A stretch of DNA of 61,058 nt, the filler included, from Sluysia triapertura (Eukaryota): assembly GCA_046118255.1 (NCBI GenBank). It is 4 parts of 4 records of this genome, joined end to end, with 100 filler letters (N's around TTAATTAATTAA, not from the genome) between each part and the next. Parts side by side here need not be neighbours in the genome. Positions count along the whole stretch, not along the records: positions 27,596 to 49,352 come from JBJNIA010248424.1; positions 49,453 to 61,058 come from JBJNIA010182857.1; 2 more parts are not named here. One strand, written 5' to 3'. This document shows positions 39,201 to 51,959 of the stretch, piece after piece. How positions within the stretch are numbered: position 1 is the first letter of the stretch; the number at the start of each line of letters is the position of its first letter. A model generated the notes under the pieces. The model searched no databases, was not told where the DNA came from, and saw only the letters and a list, made by a program, of their open reading frames with translations. Made by a program: the position numbers and the translations under genes.

Positions 39201-39919
39201 AGAACGGAAGAAAAAACAATTAAACAAACAACAAATTAATATCATAGGATAAATAATTCTTTAATTTTTTTCATATTTTAATTGATGATAGTTATCAGTA
39301 TAATTAATAAGAATAATAATGATAAGAATAATGATAATGATTAAGAAGATAGTAATGATGATAACGTTGATGATTAAGAGGATAGTGATGATGATAATGA
39401 TGATAATATATATCAAATAAACCAATTAAAATTATTGTAGTAAACGAAAAGATGTTATTTGTTTAAATATTAATCGGTAAAGTCATAATTTAAAAATTTT
39501 TGAATTAAGCGACTGATGATTATGAAAATTGAAGAACTTTGAAAAAGACGCTCACGGCTGATCGTTATTAATGAACAAAGCTGCAGAAGAAATCCGACAA
39601 CACAAGGAAGGAAAGTCATCAAATCGAATTATCTACCAAAGTACTTTAAAAAAACAGACTCAGTAGCAGAACATAATTCAAATACTAATGTTGATCTCAA
39701 TGATAGGCAAAATGTTATTCAGGCCACAGAATGAATACCAAGAAAATCACCAGGAATGGACATTAGATTAATTAGTTATTTTCATTCAATAAATCCTAAT
39801 AATCCTGTCTTAATAATGTTGATGAATTACGGAACAATTACTTCTGAAGATTCGTACAGATGCGTCTATATTTAAAATACCTTTTAGAGAAAGTGATATG
39901 CATATTTTGGATATAAGTG

Positions 39920-40930
39920 GTAGTCAACTTTTACATGAAATCTAAATGTTATCAAAAGTTAGACATTCATACATCTTTCGGTATTACCGAACTTGTATTG
40001 AATTTCAACCAGTTGTTGAGCAATTAGTATATCCTTTTGGGTATTCTGTTTATGATTACATTGAGAACTGTTTGAAACAAAATAGCACTTCTGAAATTAA
40101 AGAAGTACTTGTAATAAAGATGACATCTAGTATTCTCTCAGCTCTATATTATTATTTGATAATGTCATGTACTCATAATGACATTAATGTTAAAAACATT
40201 TGGGATTTGATTGTGAATCCACGTCTAAGATTAGAAATAATTATTTTGTTACTTTTGTTTTATATAATTTTGAATCTGTATTGATTTATTTTAAAGACAT
40301 AAATAATGTCGTATCAAGGATATATTTTAATTTATTTTTTTTAATTTTTGATTTTTAATTTAAGTCTTCAAGTTTCAATTAAAAACGTTACGTCTCAAAG
40401 TATATGTACCATTTTAAAATCTTTAAAATCTATTAGTTTAACTTTATTTTAAAACTTAATGTTTTTAATTTAAATTTTAAAGTTTTTGTTCTTAAATATG
40501 TTTTAATCTTTGAGATCTATGAAGGCCTTTATCGATTTAAAATTAGAGTATATTGATAAAATGAGTATTACGATTATCCTAATTTTTAAAATGTATAAAA
40601 TTCATTACATTGATTTGAATTATATTAATAGTTTTAGAAAGATTGTTTCTTGATGTTTATTAGTTTCACGCAATATATTTATTATGTTGAATATTTGTTA
40701 TCATTTATTTTTCATAAACCTCATTATATAGTCTTAAAATACAATTCTCCTTATGCAATGGATTCAGACAATATTAACATGTATGTACTAGAATATGGCA
40801 GAATCATGGACGATCTACATGTGGACAATCAGAAGGCTGTTATAACTACTCATAAAGAAATACTATCAACTAACTTCAATATTATTCTGTGGCCCTGTAA
40901 TTCTGTACCATTTGGAACCACGACCAATTT
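39920..40930 (+). pseudogene. Protein-kinase (tyrosine-kinase-like) fragments, antisense within an SLC6 intron
   Basis: LHEI*MLSKVRHSYIFRYY...GYSVYDYI...KMTSSILSALYY...CTHNDINVKNI (subdomains III-VIb) and, ~500 bp on, SPYAMDSDNINMYVLEYGRIM (C-lobe-like); in-frame stop, no DFG seen. Confidence 0.55.
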
Positions 40931-42364
40931 AGAATGTCAGTTATTTATTTAATATAATTTACTATAACTATATGTCAAGAGTGATTAAAAATTCATTTTT
41001 TGTGGATAATAAATAAAGCAATGTTGTATTATTTTATTATTTTAACTAACAATGAATCTATTACGTGCCTTAAGTACCATTTCTATAATTATAATCGTTT
41101 GAAAATTTATATTAGAATAAATGATAAAGTTAATAGTAATGCAAGTAGTAATAACAATTCATTAATAATTAAACATAAAGATCATAATTTTAAAACCAAT
41201 ACAGATATATCCACGACAATAATATTTAACTAAAATAGTATATTCAAAGTTCTCTAATGATTCTGAATCTTCACATGAAATACGTTATAATTTTATTCAA
41301 AATATTCAATTATTTGTTTTATAGAGAGTCTATTCATAATGTTTAATTAACAATTAACTTACTCCAATCAATTCACGAAAAACAACAATTTCCAAGTTAA
41401 ATTAAATAGAATAAGGAATGATACAAATAAGATGAAAAGGGAAGATGATATAAAACGAATAAAGATTTTAAAATTAAAACCTCTTAAATGTTTAATTTAT
41501 CAATTTACGATTTTAAATTGAGAAAATTTTTTACATTGCAAGTAAAATTAATACTAATAAGAATAATAATAATTTCCAGAAACAACAACAACATAAATTT
41601 GAATTGTTGAAAATCGTAAATCGAAATCACAATCGATAGAATTTCCTATTTTCCGAAAATTTATGACTTTCGCGGTTTGAGATGATAACCAAACAATAAT
41701 AATAATAATGATGATATTGATGATAATAATAATAATATTAATATTTTAAGAACATATTTTCATTACATATGTTATCTAAGTGTTATGTTTGTATTTATAT
41801 TGATTCAATTTCAAAAGTTGTCTTGTGTCATCATATTTCCTCAATTTATACAGTTTTTGTGCAACTTCACATTTACCAATTAGTAATAAATGATTATAAT
41901 TTTTTAGCATTTTTATAATACAATAAAAGTTTAAGAGGTTTTATCATACTAAAAGAAATTAAAAGAAGAGCCATTTGTTTAGACAGAATAATTAAAACTT
42001 TACACAACTTCTACTTAATGCATGAATGAAACCACAATAAGAAAGAAATAAGATTTCATGAAATAATGAGGAGAAAAAATGGAAAAGACATTAATAGTTC
42101 ATGAATTAAATTAAATTAAGAATTATTACTTAACTTCTTTTATATTTTTTAAGGATCTCATATTTTTTGTTTCTACATGTAAAATTAATTACCTATGGAT
42201 GCCTTAAAATATTTCTTATTTTATTTTACATTGAAATAAATGATTGAATTGTGCATAGATTGGTTTATTTTCAAAGAACCTACTTTCTGTGTATGTTATT
42301 AAGTTTTTTTTGTCAAGGATTAAGCTCTATAAAATATACATTATTATCAAAGTGTATAACTAAC

Positions 42365-42465
42365 TGTCAAGTACAATGGAGTTATCAAGCCCCAAAACAC
42401 ATGCGGCATGTAACCCAGAGAATAGCCTAACATATCCTTGATGTCAGTCGAAAATTTATTAATAC
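42365..42465 (-). CDS. SLC6 transporter exon (IL5-TM11)
   Basis: TAG|(G)INKFSTDIKDMLGYSLGYMPHVFWGLITPLYLT|GTTAGT; 101 bp, phase 1/0; D..DMLG...W...TP motif. Confidence 0.95.
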
Positions 42466-42749
42466 CTAAATAAAATAAGAAATAATTTATCACATATATA
42501 AAATTGTAAAACGAATAGAAAAAAGATGCTTGAATTAATAGGAATTTATAATTATCTTTTATAATTAAGTAAAAGAAACTTAATTAGTAGTTTTGTGATG
42601 TGTATCCGTGATTTGTATCAGCTAGTTGTATTGTGTATTAATGTATGTGGTAGAAGCAAGTCAGTATGACTATCTAAATCATCCATGTCCAATTCAACAA
42701 AAGGAGTGTGCCGCAATCAAGATTCATATAATAAATAAATTTCATTTCG

Positions 42750-42797
<48 letters not shown>

Positions 42798-43936
42798 TCA
42801 CGTTTAATAAAATTTTAACTGAAATAAATTATTTTATGTACACATGAATTATACAGGGTTATTATTAGGTTATTATTTTCTGCACCAGTTTTTGATTTAG
42901 GTGCATCTGATTTTATCGTATGAATATAATCAATAAATAAATGACAGTATAATAGTCTTAAAAATCATGAATTTTCACTATCCTTCATGAGTGTTTTTTT
43001 AATAAAATTAATTAATAGTTCTTTTCAAATTGGCCAAAAAAATAAAAAAACCCAGGTTGGCCAATTTGAGAGAAATCACTGTATTTACAATAAATTTCTA
43101 ATTGGGAAATCAATGATTTATAATACAAAACATGTCTCATTTGGAATAATAGTTGTTTGTAGGTGTTCGTAGGTGCATCTGGTTCTACCTTTATTTTATT
43201 AAAAAGCCATCGAAATTCATAACGTTACGTTATTGAATGAAAATTCAATTCAAATTTCATTGTTGTTTTCATTATATTATATTTAATTGAATAATACATA
43301 ATTATTAAATAATTCAGTATGAGTTTAATTATTGAGTAAGGTTAGTGTGTCTTACCACCTACAATTAACTTTGCTTCATTTATTTTGGTATTATCGCTTT
43401 TTTATTACTGAAGATTATAAATTCTGACTTTTCTTCATTGATTTTCAAGTATTTATTTCCAAACAATTTTATCAATTCAGATACTAGTTCTTCTGTTCTT
43501 TGAATAGTATTTTCTATGTTGTTAATTTCAAATTCTGTATATATTTGCACATCATCAGCATATATATGGTATTTAAAACCACATGATTGAAACTACACTT
43601 GAAACATCATTGCTACATATATAATAAACAATAAAACATATTTTTATTTTATTGAAATTTTATAATTCTGATTTTTCATTGAAATTTATTTGATATGTAT
43701 TTTAAAGCATTTTGATCTCTCACATAAAATAATTACCAGGTTAAGTTGAATTCAACTAAAGTTTTTCTATTTTAAATTAAGTCTTTGACCACCGCAATCA
43801 ATTTCACAGATTTATTATTCATTAAGGACACTTTTTGTCACTGTACAATTTCAACTTTTAAATTTAAAAAATATAATTTTTGCCAATTCGAGGTCTTGTT
43901 GTATTTGATATATGACAAATAAAATATAAAAATTAC

Positions 43937-44036
43937 CGTAAAAGTAACACACCGCAATACATTGTAATACTGCGATAATTATTATAATTCTACTTCCGGC
44001 ATAATGATCGAATATCTGGAAAACATACATTCCTCC
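43937..44036 (-). CDS. SLC6 transporter exon (TM10)
   Basis: CAG|GGMYVFQIFDHYAGSRIIIIIAVLQCIAVCYFY(G)|GTAATT; 100 bp, phase 0/1. Confidence 0.96.
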
Positions 44037-45014
44037 CTGCAAACATATAGACAATTCAATTTACATAAAATACGTTGAATTTTAAAATGATTTTTAAAAT
44101 TGTATATCAATTAACATTAAACGTATTAATGATACAGATTGTAGAGTTAAATTGTATCGTAAATAAATTTTCTATTATTAGAATATATTACTGTGCTTTA
44201 GCATGCGTGAAGAAATATAATCTCTTACAAAGCTTTCTTTCAAATATTAAGCTTTCTTATACATCTAAAAATTTATTAATATATATATGTGAGATAATGA
44301 AAAATTTATGTACTTCAAAACATTTTCATTTAATGTATTACTTTAGCTACATTTAGAACGTTTTCAATCATGTCTTGTATGTAAGTTAAAGTAAAATTTG
44401 AAAATTTATATTTATATATAACCCATTTTATTATAAGTTCAAATATTTCATAATATTTTTAATTATGATTTTAATTAATTGTTTTTAAATTTTCATAAAT
44501 ATTTTTAATTAGTACTTTATAAAAATAATAATTTTTAATTGTAAAGTGTAATTATACAATTTAAAGAAAAAACAATTAGCTTTTAAAAATAATGGGAAAT
44601 TAATGATTTAATTATTAGAAAAATAAAAATGGATTTTTAATTGAGGAATTACTGTTCATAAAATAAATGTAAATTAATGAACTTCCCATAGATTTATTTC
44701 CATTAATACTAGTGTATTTTCGTTTAAAAGAATTTAAATAAGCACATTTTTTGCGAAAAATAACAACAATAACACTGAAAAACACGGAGAATTTCGTCAT
44801 CATCATTGGACTTAAAGGATTGGACAATTAATTTATAATAACAAGGAGTGTTTCGGCAAAGGTAGTTACCATATTTATGTGGTATGTCGAGTAGCGGATC
44901 TTTGCAATAATTATCTGTTTAAATCACGAGTGTTCTTGCTACAACAATTCTCATTTATGCTTGTCAGGGTTTCCTTACTTAAGTAGGCAAGGTTAGTCTT
45001 GCTTTTGTCACTTT

Positions 45015-45435
45015 TAATGATGTAAAAGAAACAGTTTTAAAACATCTTAACAAACTCAAAGACGATTTTCTGAATACCTTCCAGATCTTCATTTACATAC
45101 TGTCAGATGGATTGTTGAACCGTTAAATGTAAACTTACTGATACACTGAAAGATGCTCAAGGATTAGCAAAATCTTTTCTTGATCTTCGATGAAATTCTG
45201 AAGCGCGCATTGAATTTGATAATAAAGTACATTTGTCACAATTTGGGATATCCAAACCTTCAAAGGTTTTTAGAATTGTACACGAAGAAGCAATAAAAAA
45301 AAGTTATTGTCCTTTGCAACAGCCTACTTTTGTAAAGCGAGATTTTCTGTTTTAACAAAGAAGAGAAATCATTTGAATGCTGAAGTTTGTATTTAGATTA
45401 CTTTATCTTCAATTTGTCCAGATATTGTTGGTGTT
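45015..45435 (+). mobile_element. hAT (Buster/Charlie-type) transposase C-terminal relic
   Basis: VLKHLNKLKDDF..YLPD...WIVEP...FLDLR*NSEARIEF...LLSFATAYFCKARFSVL..KKRNHLNAE...LSSICPDI matches the hAT dimerisation motif 'LPF.TTYLCE..FS.L....K.RN.L'. Confidence 0.85.
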
Positions 45436-45699
45436 GCATTTATTAATTAATTAATTTCTAATTAATTTATGATTGATTTTTTCATATTTATTAAAAATTA
45501 AATTAATTAAAGAGAGGGTTAATGATAAAATTACTAAATCATATTTGGGTGGAGGGAAAGTACCCCGACCTTGGAGTTAAGGTGTACGATAATGATTTTA
45601 TAAATTTTGTAACATTCAATAAAAGAAAATAAAGAATTATATATAGAGTTAGATAGCGGTTTATAGACTAAATTTTAGAGTTATATTTCATTATAACCA

Positions 45700-46030
45700 A
45701 ATTTTCAGACTCAACATTTCTAAATGTTAGCAATTTAATTGTAAGATTGAAATTGTGGCTGGTGATGCTGATAGTTCCTTTTTAAAATGCACTAATGTTA
45801 ATTTAAATTCTGTATTAATTGAAATAATTAAAGATGAATTGTTAGACACGTTAAATTATTATGTTATAATTTTGTGTTTTAAAATTCTTAAGCAGTGCAT
45901 GGGTGCATTGAATGCTGTCGGATGATTTAGTGATATTGATCTAGTTAAGTTTGTATGTGACTCATTTGTTTTCCGCAAAACTTTCGAAAGGAGTAAAATG
46001 TTTTTGCTACTCATGGAGTAATTTTAATGT
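45700..46030 (-). pseudogene. ROQ-domain relic (in SLC6 intron)
   Basis: NHPTAFNAPMHCLRIL...FNVSNNSSLIISINTEFK ([17 protein letters not shown]...[20 protein letters not shown]). Confidence 0.45.
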
Positions 46031-46086
46031 CTTTCATTTCTATGATATATTATTGAAAATGTTCTTGATATAGACAAAAGTTACCT

Positions 46087-46174
46087 TCCATAATATATAT
46101 GGTAAATATTAGATACAGGCCTCAAGTGCCATTTAGAATAATGATAGTTCCGTGTTCGATTCCCGGTCAGTCCA
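46087..46174 (+). pseudogene. Decayed tRNA (Asp/Glu/Gly-like) or tRNA-derived SINE head
   Basis: CCGTGTTCGATTCCCGGTC (46150-46168) is 18/19 identical to the T arm of the tRNA-Asp; 46087-46110 loosely matches its 5' part; no intact anticodon arm. Confidence 0.5.
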
Positions 46175-46733
46175 TTTATTGAAGTCTAATTTGTATAATT
46201 ATGTATAAGATTAGCAGCAGTTGATGGAAACTGAATAAAAATTAGTCATAATTTGGATGAATAAAAATGAATATACAATGGACTAAGAATTTTAGATTTT
46301 GATGAAGAAAGGGTTGACAGATTGATTGAAATTAAAGATCAACGCGAAGAAATTATCCAAGAATCTTCGAATATATGGGATTTAATCGAAGAATTAGAAC
46401 TGTGCTCAAAATAATCCCAATTTAGCTAGGAATGATTTTGGTTGCACATAAACTTAATGAAGTCGACAAATATTTCAGAAAAATTTATTAATAATGAAAA
46501 TGTGTAAACCTGTGAAAGAAGTCTATGTTCGAAATGGTTTTATATTGAAGAATGAGTAAATAAATAATTCTTGTATTTATTTTCTTTATATAATCAAATA
46601 ATTATTTATTGCCTCTACTTTAGACTTATTTGCTGAACTCCACAAACTAATGTAACATTTTCTTAATTTTAAGGTTTATATTAAAACAATAAATAACACT
46701 AATTATAAAAATGTTTAATAAGCATAAACTTAC

Positions 46734-46871
46734 ATTGGTTACCATAGAAAGACCAATTAGAAAATTACACGAGCAAACAATTGCAATAAATATAGTTTTA
46801 TTTGTTTTATTACTCATCCAAATAGGAAATAAGTCACTCACTGCCGTTATAAATCCCTCAACTCCAACAAA
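46734..46871 (-). CDS. SLC6 transporter exon (TM8-TM9)
   Basis: TAG|FVGVEGFITAVSDLFPIWMSNKTNKTIFIAIVCSCNFLIGLSMVTN|GTAAGT; 138 bp, phase 0/0, continues the previous exon in frame. Confidence 0.96.
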
Positions 46872-48731
46872 CTAAATATTAGCTTTATTGTTTTATAATA
46901 ACAATTATAATATTTTATGTATATAAATAAATTATATTTAATAATCATAAAGAGGACAGAGAGATAAATTCTACCGCCATCTTGATATTTACTTTATTCA
47001 CAACAGAAGTAGTAGAACAACTAATTTACAGTGTTGTTTATAAATAAATAAAATCCGTAAAATTTTAATTTGAAAATATTATTAAAAAGAACGTATAGAA
47101 TTTTAACAGTTTTTTTTATTTATTCGTATATTTTAAACAAATTAAAATTTTTCATATTAACGATAAATTGATTTTTTGGTTTAGTTAATTTAACGAAATT
47201 AAATTTATTAAATTCAAGTAGATTTCCATTATATTTTTGTATAATTTTCATTAACAATAAGAAATTTATTATTATATTGTTAACGTTTTAAATATATAAC
47301 ATTCCACTGTTGGTAATTGAGGTTAGATAAATTATAAAACTAAAATTTAATCTGATATTCAGGAATTCCATTTATAAATTATACTCTTGTTTTAATTAGT
47401 AAGTTTTCTGATATTATAAATTTGGAATAATGTATATATACTAATTTTGGGATATTGTACGACACCATTTTTTTGAAAAAATAATTTTTAGTATAGTTGA
47501 CACCAATTTTGGGATATAAACAGTTTGATGTATGTGTTAGATTTGATATGTTGTTAAGCCAAGCGGATTGAATTAAATTTAAATGTATCTTAACGGTGTC
47601 ATTTAGAAATCTCGAAATGAGATTGATGTACGATTGAGGCTTATGCAGTCATAGATGACGTATTTCGTTTATGTAGTATATTTATGAAAATGTATTTGGT
47701 ACAAATTGAAGTTCATACTTTTCAGATTATGAAAACAAAATTTTATTAATATTTAAATACACTTCACAAAAGAACCGTTTTATTTTCCAGTTACTAGACA
47801 TAACTAATGTCGTTTTTTATAACTAGCACCTTCTTTCATTTCTTTCTAATTTGTATTATAGATAAAAATTAATCTCACCTCTCGGCCAGTTATAATCATA
47901 ACATGTACTTATAATCATAACGATATTCTTATAATCGTTTCCTAATCCATGAATTTGCTGTTTGTTTTTATTTTATATATACTTTTTGAACATGTATACT
48001 GATCGAATATAATATCTTGCTAGTTACGGTACTGAATAGTTATATGGTCGTAAATTTACTTTGTAAAAACTTCACGTTGGTCAAAATTTATTAAAATAAA
48101 TACTGTCATTCAGAAATTATATTCTAATGGTAATCATTTTTATTTCTGGTAAAAGACTCATTCCTTTATTAATACATAGTGATCGACTGACAAATCATTC
48201 GAATGTTTGACTCTATGTGGTCGTCCTACCCCAATAATTTTGAATCTTATAGTAATAAGAAAAAGTGTGTCGATCTTCGCGTTGTTTAAATAACTATTAT
48301 TATTTTAATCAAAAGTTTTTTATTTAGAAGTTTAGTGAACACTACAGTAAAAGAAATGGAAAAGTACACAATGCTAGTTGAGGTCATTAGCTTCAACCTG
48401 AAGTTTATAATGATTTAAATCAAAATATCGGAGCACGTGATATGACTATTTTATTTAGAAGTTTCAGTTACTAAAAGAAAAAAATTTAAATTCATCCCAA
48501 AAGTGGGACATTGGCAGACAATGGGTAGACCCTATATTATATTGTATTAAATTCATAATATTAATTTTATTTATTATTTTATGTACTTATTAAAAAATCT
48601 TTTCATTGGACGTTCTTGTTTTACATCTTATTGAATAAAATCGATAATATGTAATTTATTCATTTATTCTTTATTTTAAAACTAAATTTAAGTTATTTCA
48701 TAAATTAAAATAATTAATTATACGTACTAAC

Positions 48732-48969
48732 CTGACTGTCAAGACCAAGTAAAATAATCATAGCAAAAAACAATACTGCCCAAACAGAAACAAATGGCAT
48801 TTCATTAAGAGCTTTTGGATAAACAATAAAAGCAAGTCCGGGACCACTTGAAACAACTTTGTCAATAGGAATTCCAGTTTTGTGATGCATAAATCCCAAA
48901 GTCATGAATATAACAAACCCGGCAAAGAAACTGGTACCACTATTCACCAAGGAAAATAATATGCAATCC
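48732..48969 (-). CDS. SLC6 sodium/chloride-dependent transporter (GABA/taurine/creatine-like), internal exon (TM7-TM8)
   Basis: AG|G GAT TGC... encodes [27 protein letters not shown]...[14 protein letters not shown]...LLGLDSQ|GTTAGT; SLC6 signatures GPGLAF.YP and LGLDSQ; phase-2 acceptor, phase-0 donor. Upstream exons are not in the window. Confidence 0.96.
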
Positions 48970-49282
48970 CTTTATGAAAAAATATATTCAATGTTTAAAG
49001 ATTTTTTTAATAATAATCTATTATCATTTCAAATTCAAGTTTGTAATTTTTTATTTAATTGATTTAATTTAGGTAAAGATTAGATAAAACTCGAAGTAAG
49101 AAATTTTAGGTGTAAATAAATCTAATAACATACAAGTTATCTTAAAATAAAATAAAATATAACAAAAAATGAATAAAACGTCTAATTAAACTCAAAATAA
49201 GCATCTTGTACCTTTGTAAATTACATTTTCGTGGCGTATAGGACTAAGTGTCTCAATTCAATTCAATCAAGGTCAAATAAAA

Positions 49283-49352
<70 letters not shown>

Positions 49353-49699
49353 NNNNNNNNNNNNNNNNNNNNNNNNNNNNNNNNNNNNNNNNNNNNTTAA
49401 TTAATTAANNNNNNNNNNNNNNNNNNNNNNNNNNNNNNNNNNNNNNNNNNNNCAATGAATGAATTATTATGTGTTGATAAATTAGTAATAAAGGTTGATC
49501 TTAAGGCCTTTGCTGGCTATTATATATATGTGACTTATAAAATCTTTGATTTTCATAGTGTAAATATAAATCAAAAAATCTTTCGTTATTATTTTGTACA
49601 TAAATTTCATGAAATTTTTTGCGAACCTTCTCATAGAATCTTGTGTTATTATAAATTGCCCTGGTCTCTTAAAATACTTGTAAATAAACATAACATGAC

Positions 49700-50130
49700 C
49701 AGTGGTCAAAATGCAACAAAAGACCATGAGGCATTAAAAGGTCTTAAATTACTACACAATAATATAAAAACGAATAAAACTCTATTTAATCATAAGCAAT
49801 TAACGCCCTCCGCAAAGTGCCAGACCACTTCCATTCCTACAGAGACATTTGACAAGACATTTAGCAGGTATTTCTACCTTGATGTTCGGTGGTCGAAGAG
49901 GTATTTTGAATATCGATTCTTCACGAAAACTAATTGAGAATGTAAACGAAACTTGCCACGAATTTCAACCAGAACGAGGTACTAAAGTAATTGACAATTT
50001 CTATATTCCTATTTTAACTCATTGTGATGTTTTTTATTTTTTAGGATCAAACAGACTAGTAATGTCAATATAAGTATGCAAAATGTTTGCGGCTCACAAA
50101 AATTTTATAATCTCAAAAAATAAATGTTAT
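49700..50130 (+). pseudogene. ROQ-domain relic
   Basis: RDI*QDI*QVFLP*CSVVEEVF (SNLWAAV..QFLGPAMQEEAL); LPRISTRT...QFLY...CF (FPQASKTS...QLLY...CF). Confidence 0.35.
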
Positions 50131-51959
50131 AGTGCGTACACCTTCTTATTTTCTAAAGTATTTAAATTAAAATTTATTTATAATATGACATATATAATTT
50201 GTCAAAATTAAAGAACCCTACTTGTATAATTTTTAAAAACGAAAAAAATTTTTGCAAAGATCAATTTTATAGCAATTAAAGTAATCTTCTAACTGTTCGA
50301 AAATTTTTAGTTATGAAGAGCAACAAATTCCAAAATAATTATTTTTATAATATTAATGTCAATCTTATTAACCTACAAAATTGGTGTCATGAGTACAAAA
50401 GAATATGCCTGTATTTTGTATACATGGTCGAATCATGGGTTGTGGATCCTTCTGGTAATTTTATTTTAAAATGCATAAATTTTAATTTAATTTCTAAAAT
50501 TATATCTTAAATATATAAATAAGTATAACAAACTTTATAATATTCAATTTGTACAAACTATATTTTCACTGATAATTTTATAAATGTAAATAAAATAATG
50601 TATAAAGATATAAATATTTATAGAAATATTATGAAAGATATTTTAAAAATTCTTTTAACAACAATAATATACACAAATCCTCTGAACGTAATACCTACAA
50701 AATAACAACATTCACACCTTCATCCAATAATAATGTAAAATTTAATAACAGATTCAATCCTAACAATGTCCAACAAAATACTAATATTATATCCGTCACT
50801 GCACAAAACGTCGAAGCATCTCTTATTCTAAACATAAATGACAACAAGGACAAAAGAAATAAACAAGCCACCTACCTTCATTCGATTCAACATTTATCAA
50901 ACACAAAGCAAATAAAATAAAGTCAAAGAAAAAAATACTTAGGCAACAATACCAGTTTATTCCAAAATACGTCTACTAACAAAAGTAATAACATAAGCTC
51001 ACATAATAACATCGTCATACTACCAACAAATAAAGTACCACAATTCAAATTATTCAAAACAAATAACAAATCAACTTACAAACACAAAATACAAAATAAT
51101 ACATCTAATCTTATCAAACCTTCACAAAACCATACAAAGAATAAAAACAATTATATACATATACACAACAAACGCAACACAACCCTCGATATTCAAAACA
51201 AATAACAAATATCTTTATAAACATCAAACTCAAAATCATCTCATCAACTTACCGGATAAATACATCGCCACAAATTCCGTCCATAAATCCAATAAAATTT
51301 TAAGTTAAGGGATTGCTATTACGTCAGTCATATCTTTGAACTGTTCCATAAATATACGACAAGGTAAAAACAACACAATAAGAGTCCATTATACTACAAT
51401 CTACCCAGGGACGTAATATTAAATTACAACTTAGATGGTCCCCCAATACATATAAAATAAATGGTAATAAATCCTTAACTTCAAACAAGTTAATATGCCT
51501 AACAACATACCAAAATAACTGGCTAAGAATGTAAATAACAAAGCCAATATTCAAAATCAAAAACAATTGAGTACTCGTAATAGACAATCAACAACAGATT
51601 TTAGCCATCAAATCTATACAATTCAAAACAAGAAACTAAACAAAAAGGAATCTACTACTTCAAAAGCAATTCCAAACCACAATCTTCATTCTAATAATGC
51701 AACAATACCCCGTTCAATTCTAAAACAAAAAGAAATTTTGCCAAGAACATTAATTCATTCCACCACGGCATTTGAACTTCATGTGCATAGAGAGATGAAC
51801 ACATTCACCAGTAAGAAAACCCAAGTTAATCAAATTATACCTATAAAAATAAAAACGCCGATCACATCAAGTTATTACACAAACTAACTAACCACCACAA
51901 GGCATACTTCACTTATCAGGCGCAACCTCTACGTCTCCACTTAATATTTAATGATTATA

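Noticed and set aside
39540-39780. Penelope GIY-YIG relic (DSVAEH)
   Set aside because: One short motif; no GIY/YIG or RT seen.
42851-43083. Tc1/mariner MITE with TA-CAG ends and internal hairpin (CAAATTGGCCAA...TTGGCCAATTTG)
   Set aside because: The terminal repeats match over too few bases to support a call.
51380-51490. Non-LTR RNase H-like motif (LRWSPNTYKINGNK)
   Set aside because: Lacks the conserved His and AD residues and has no supporting upstream motifs.
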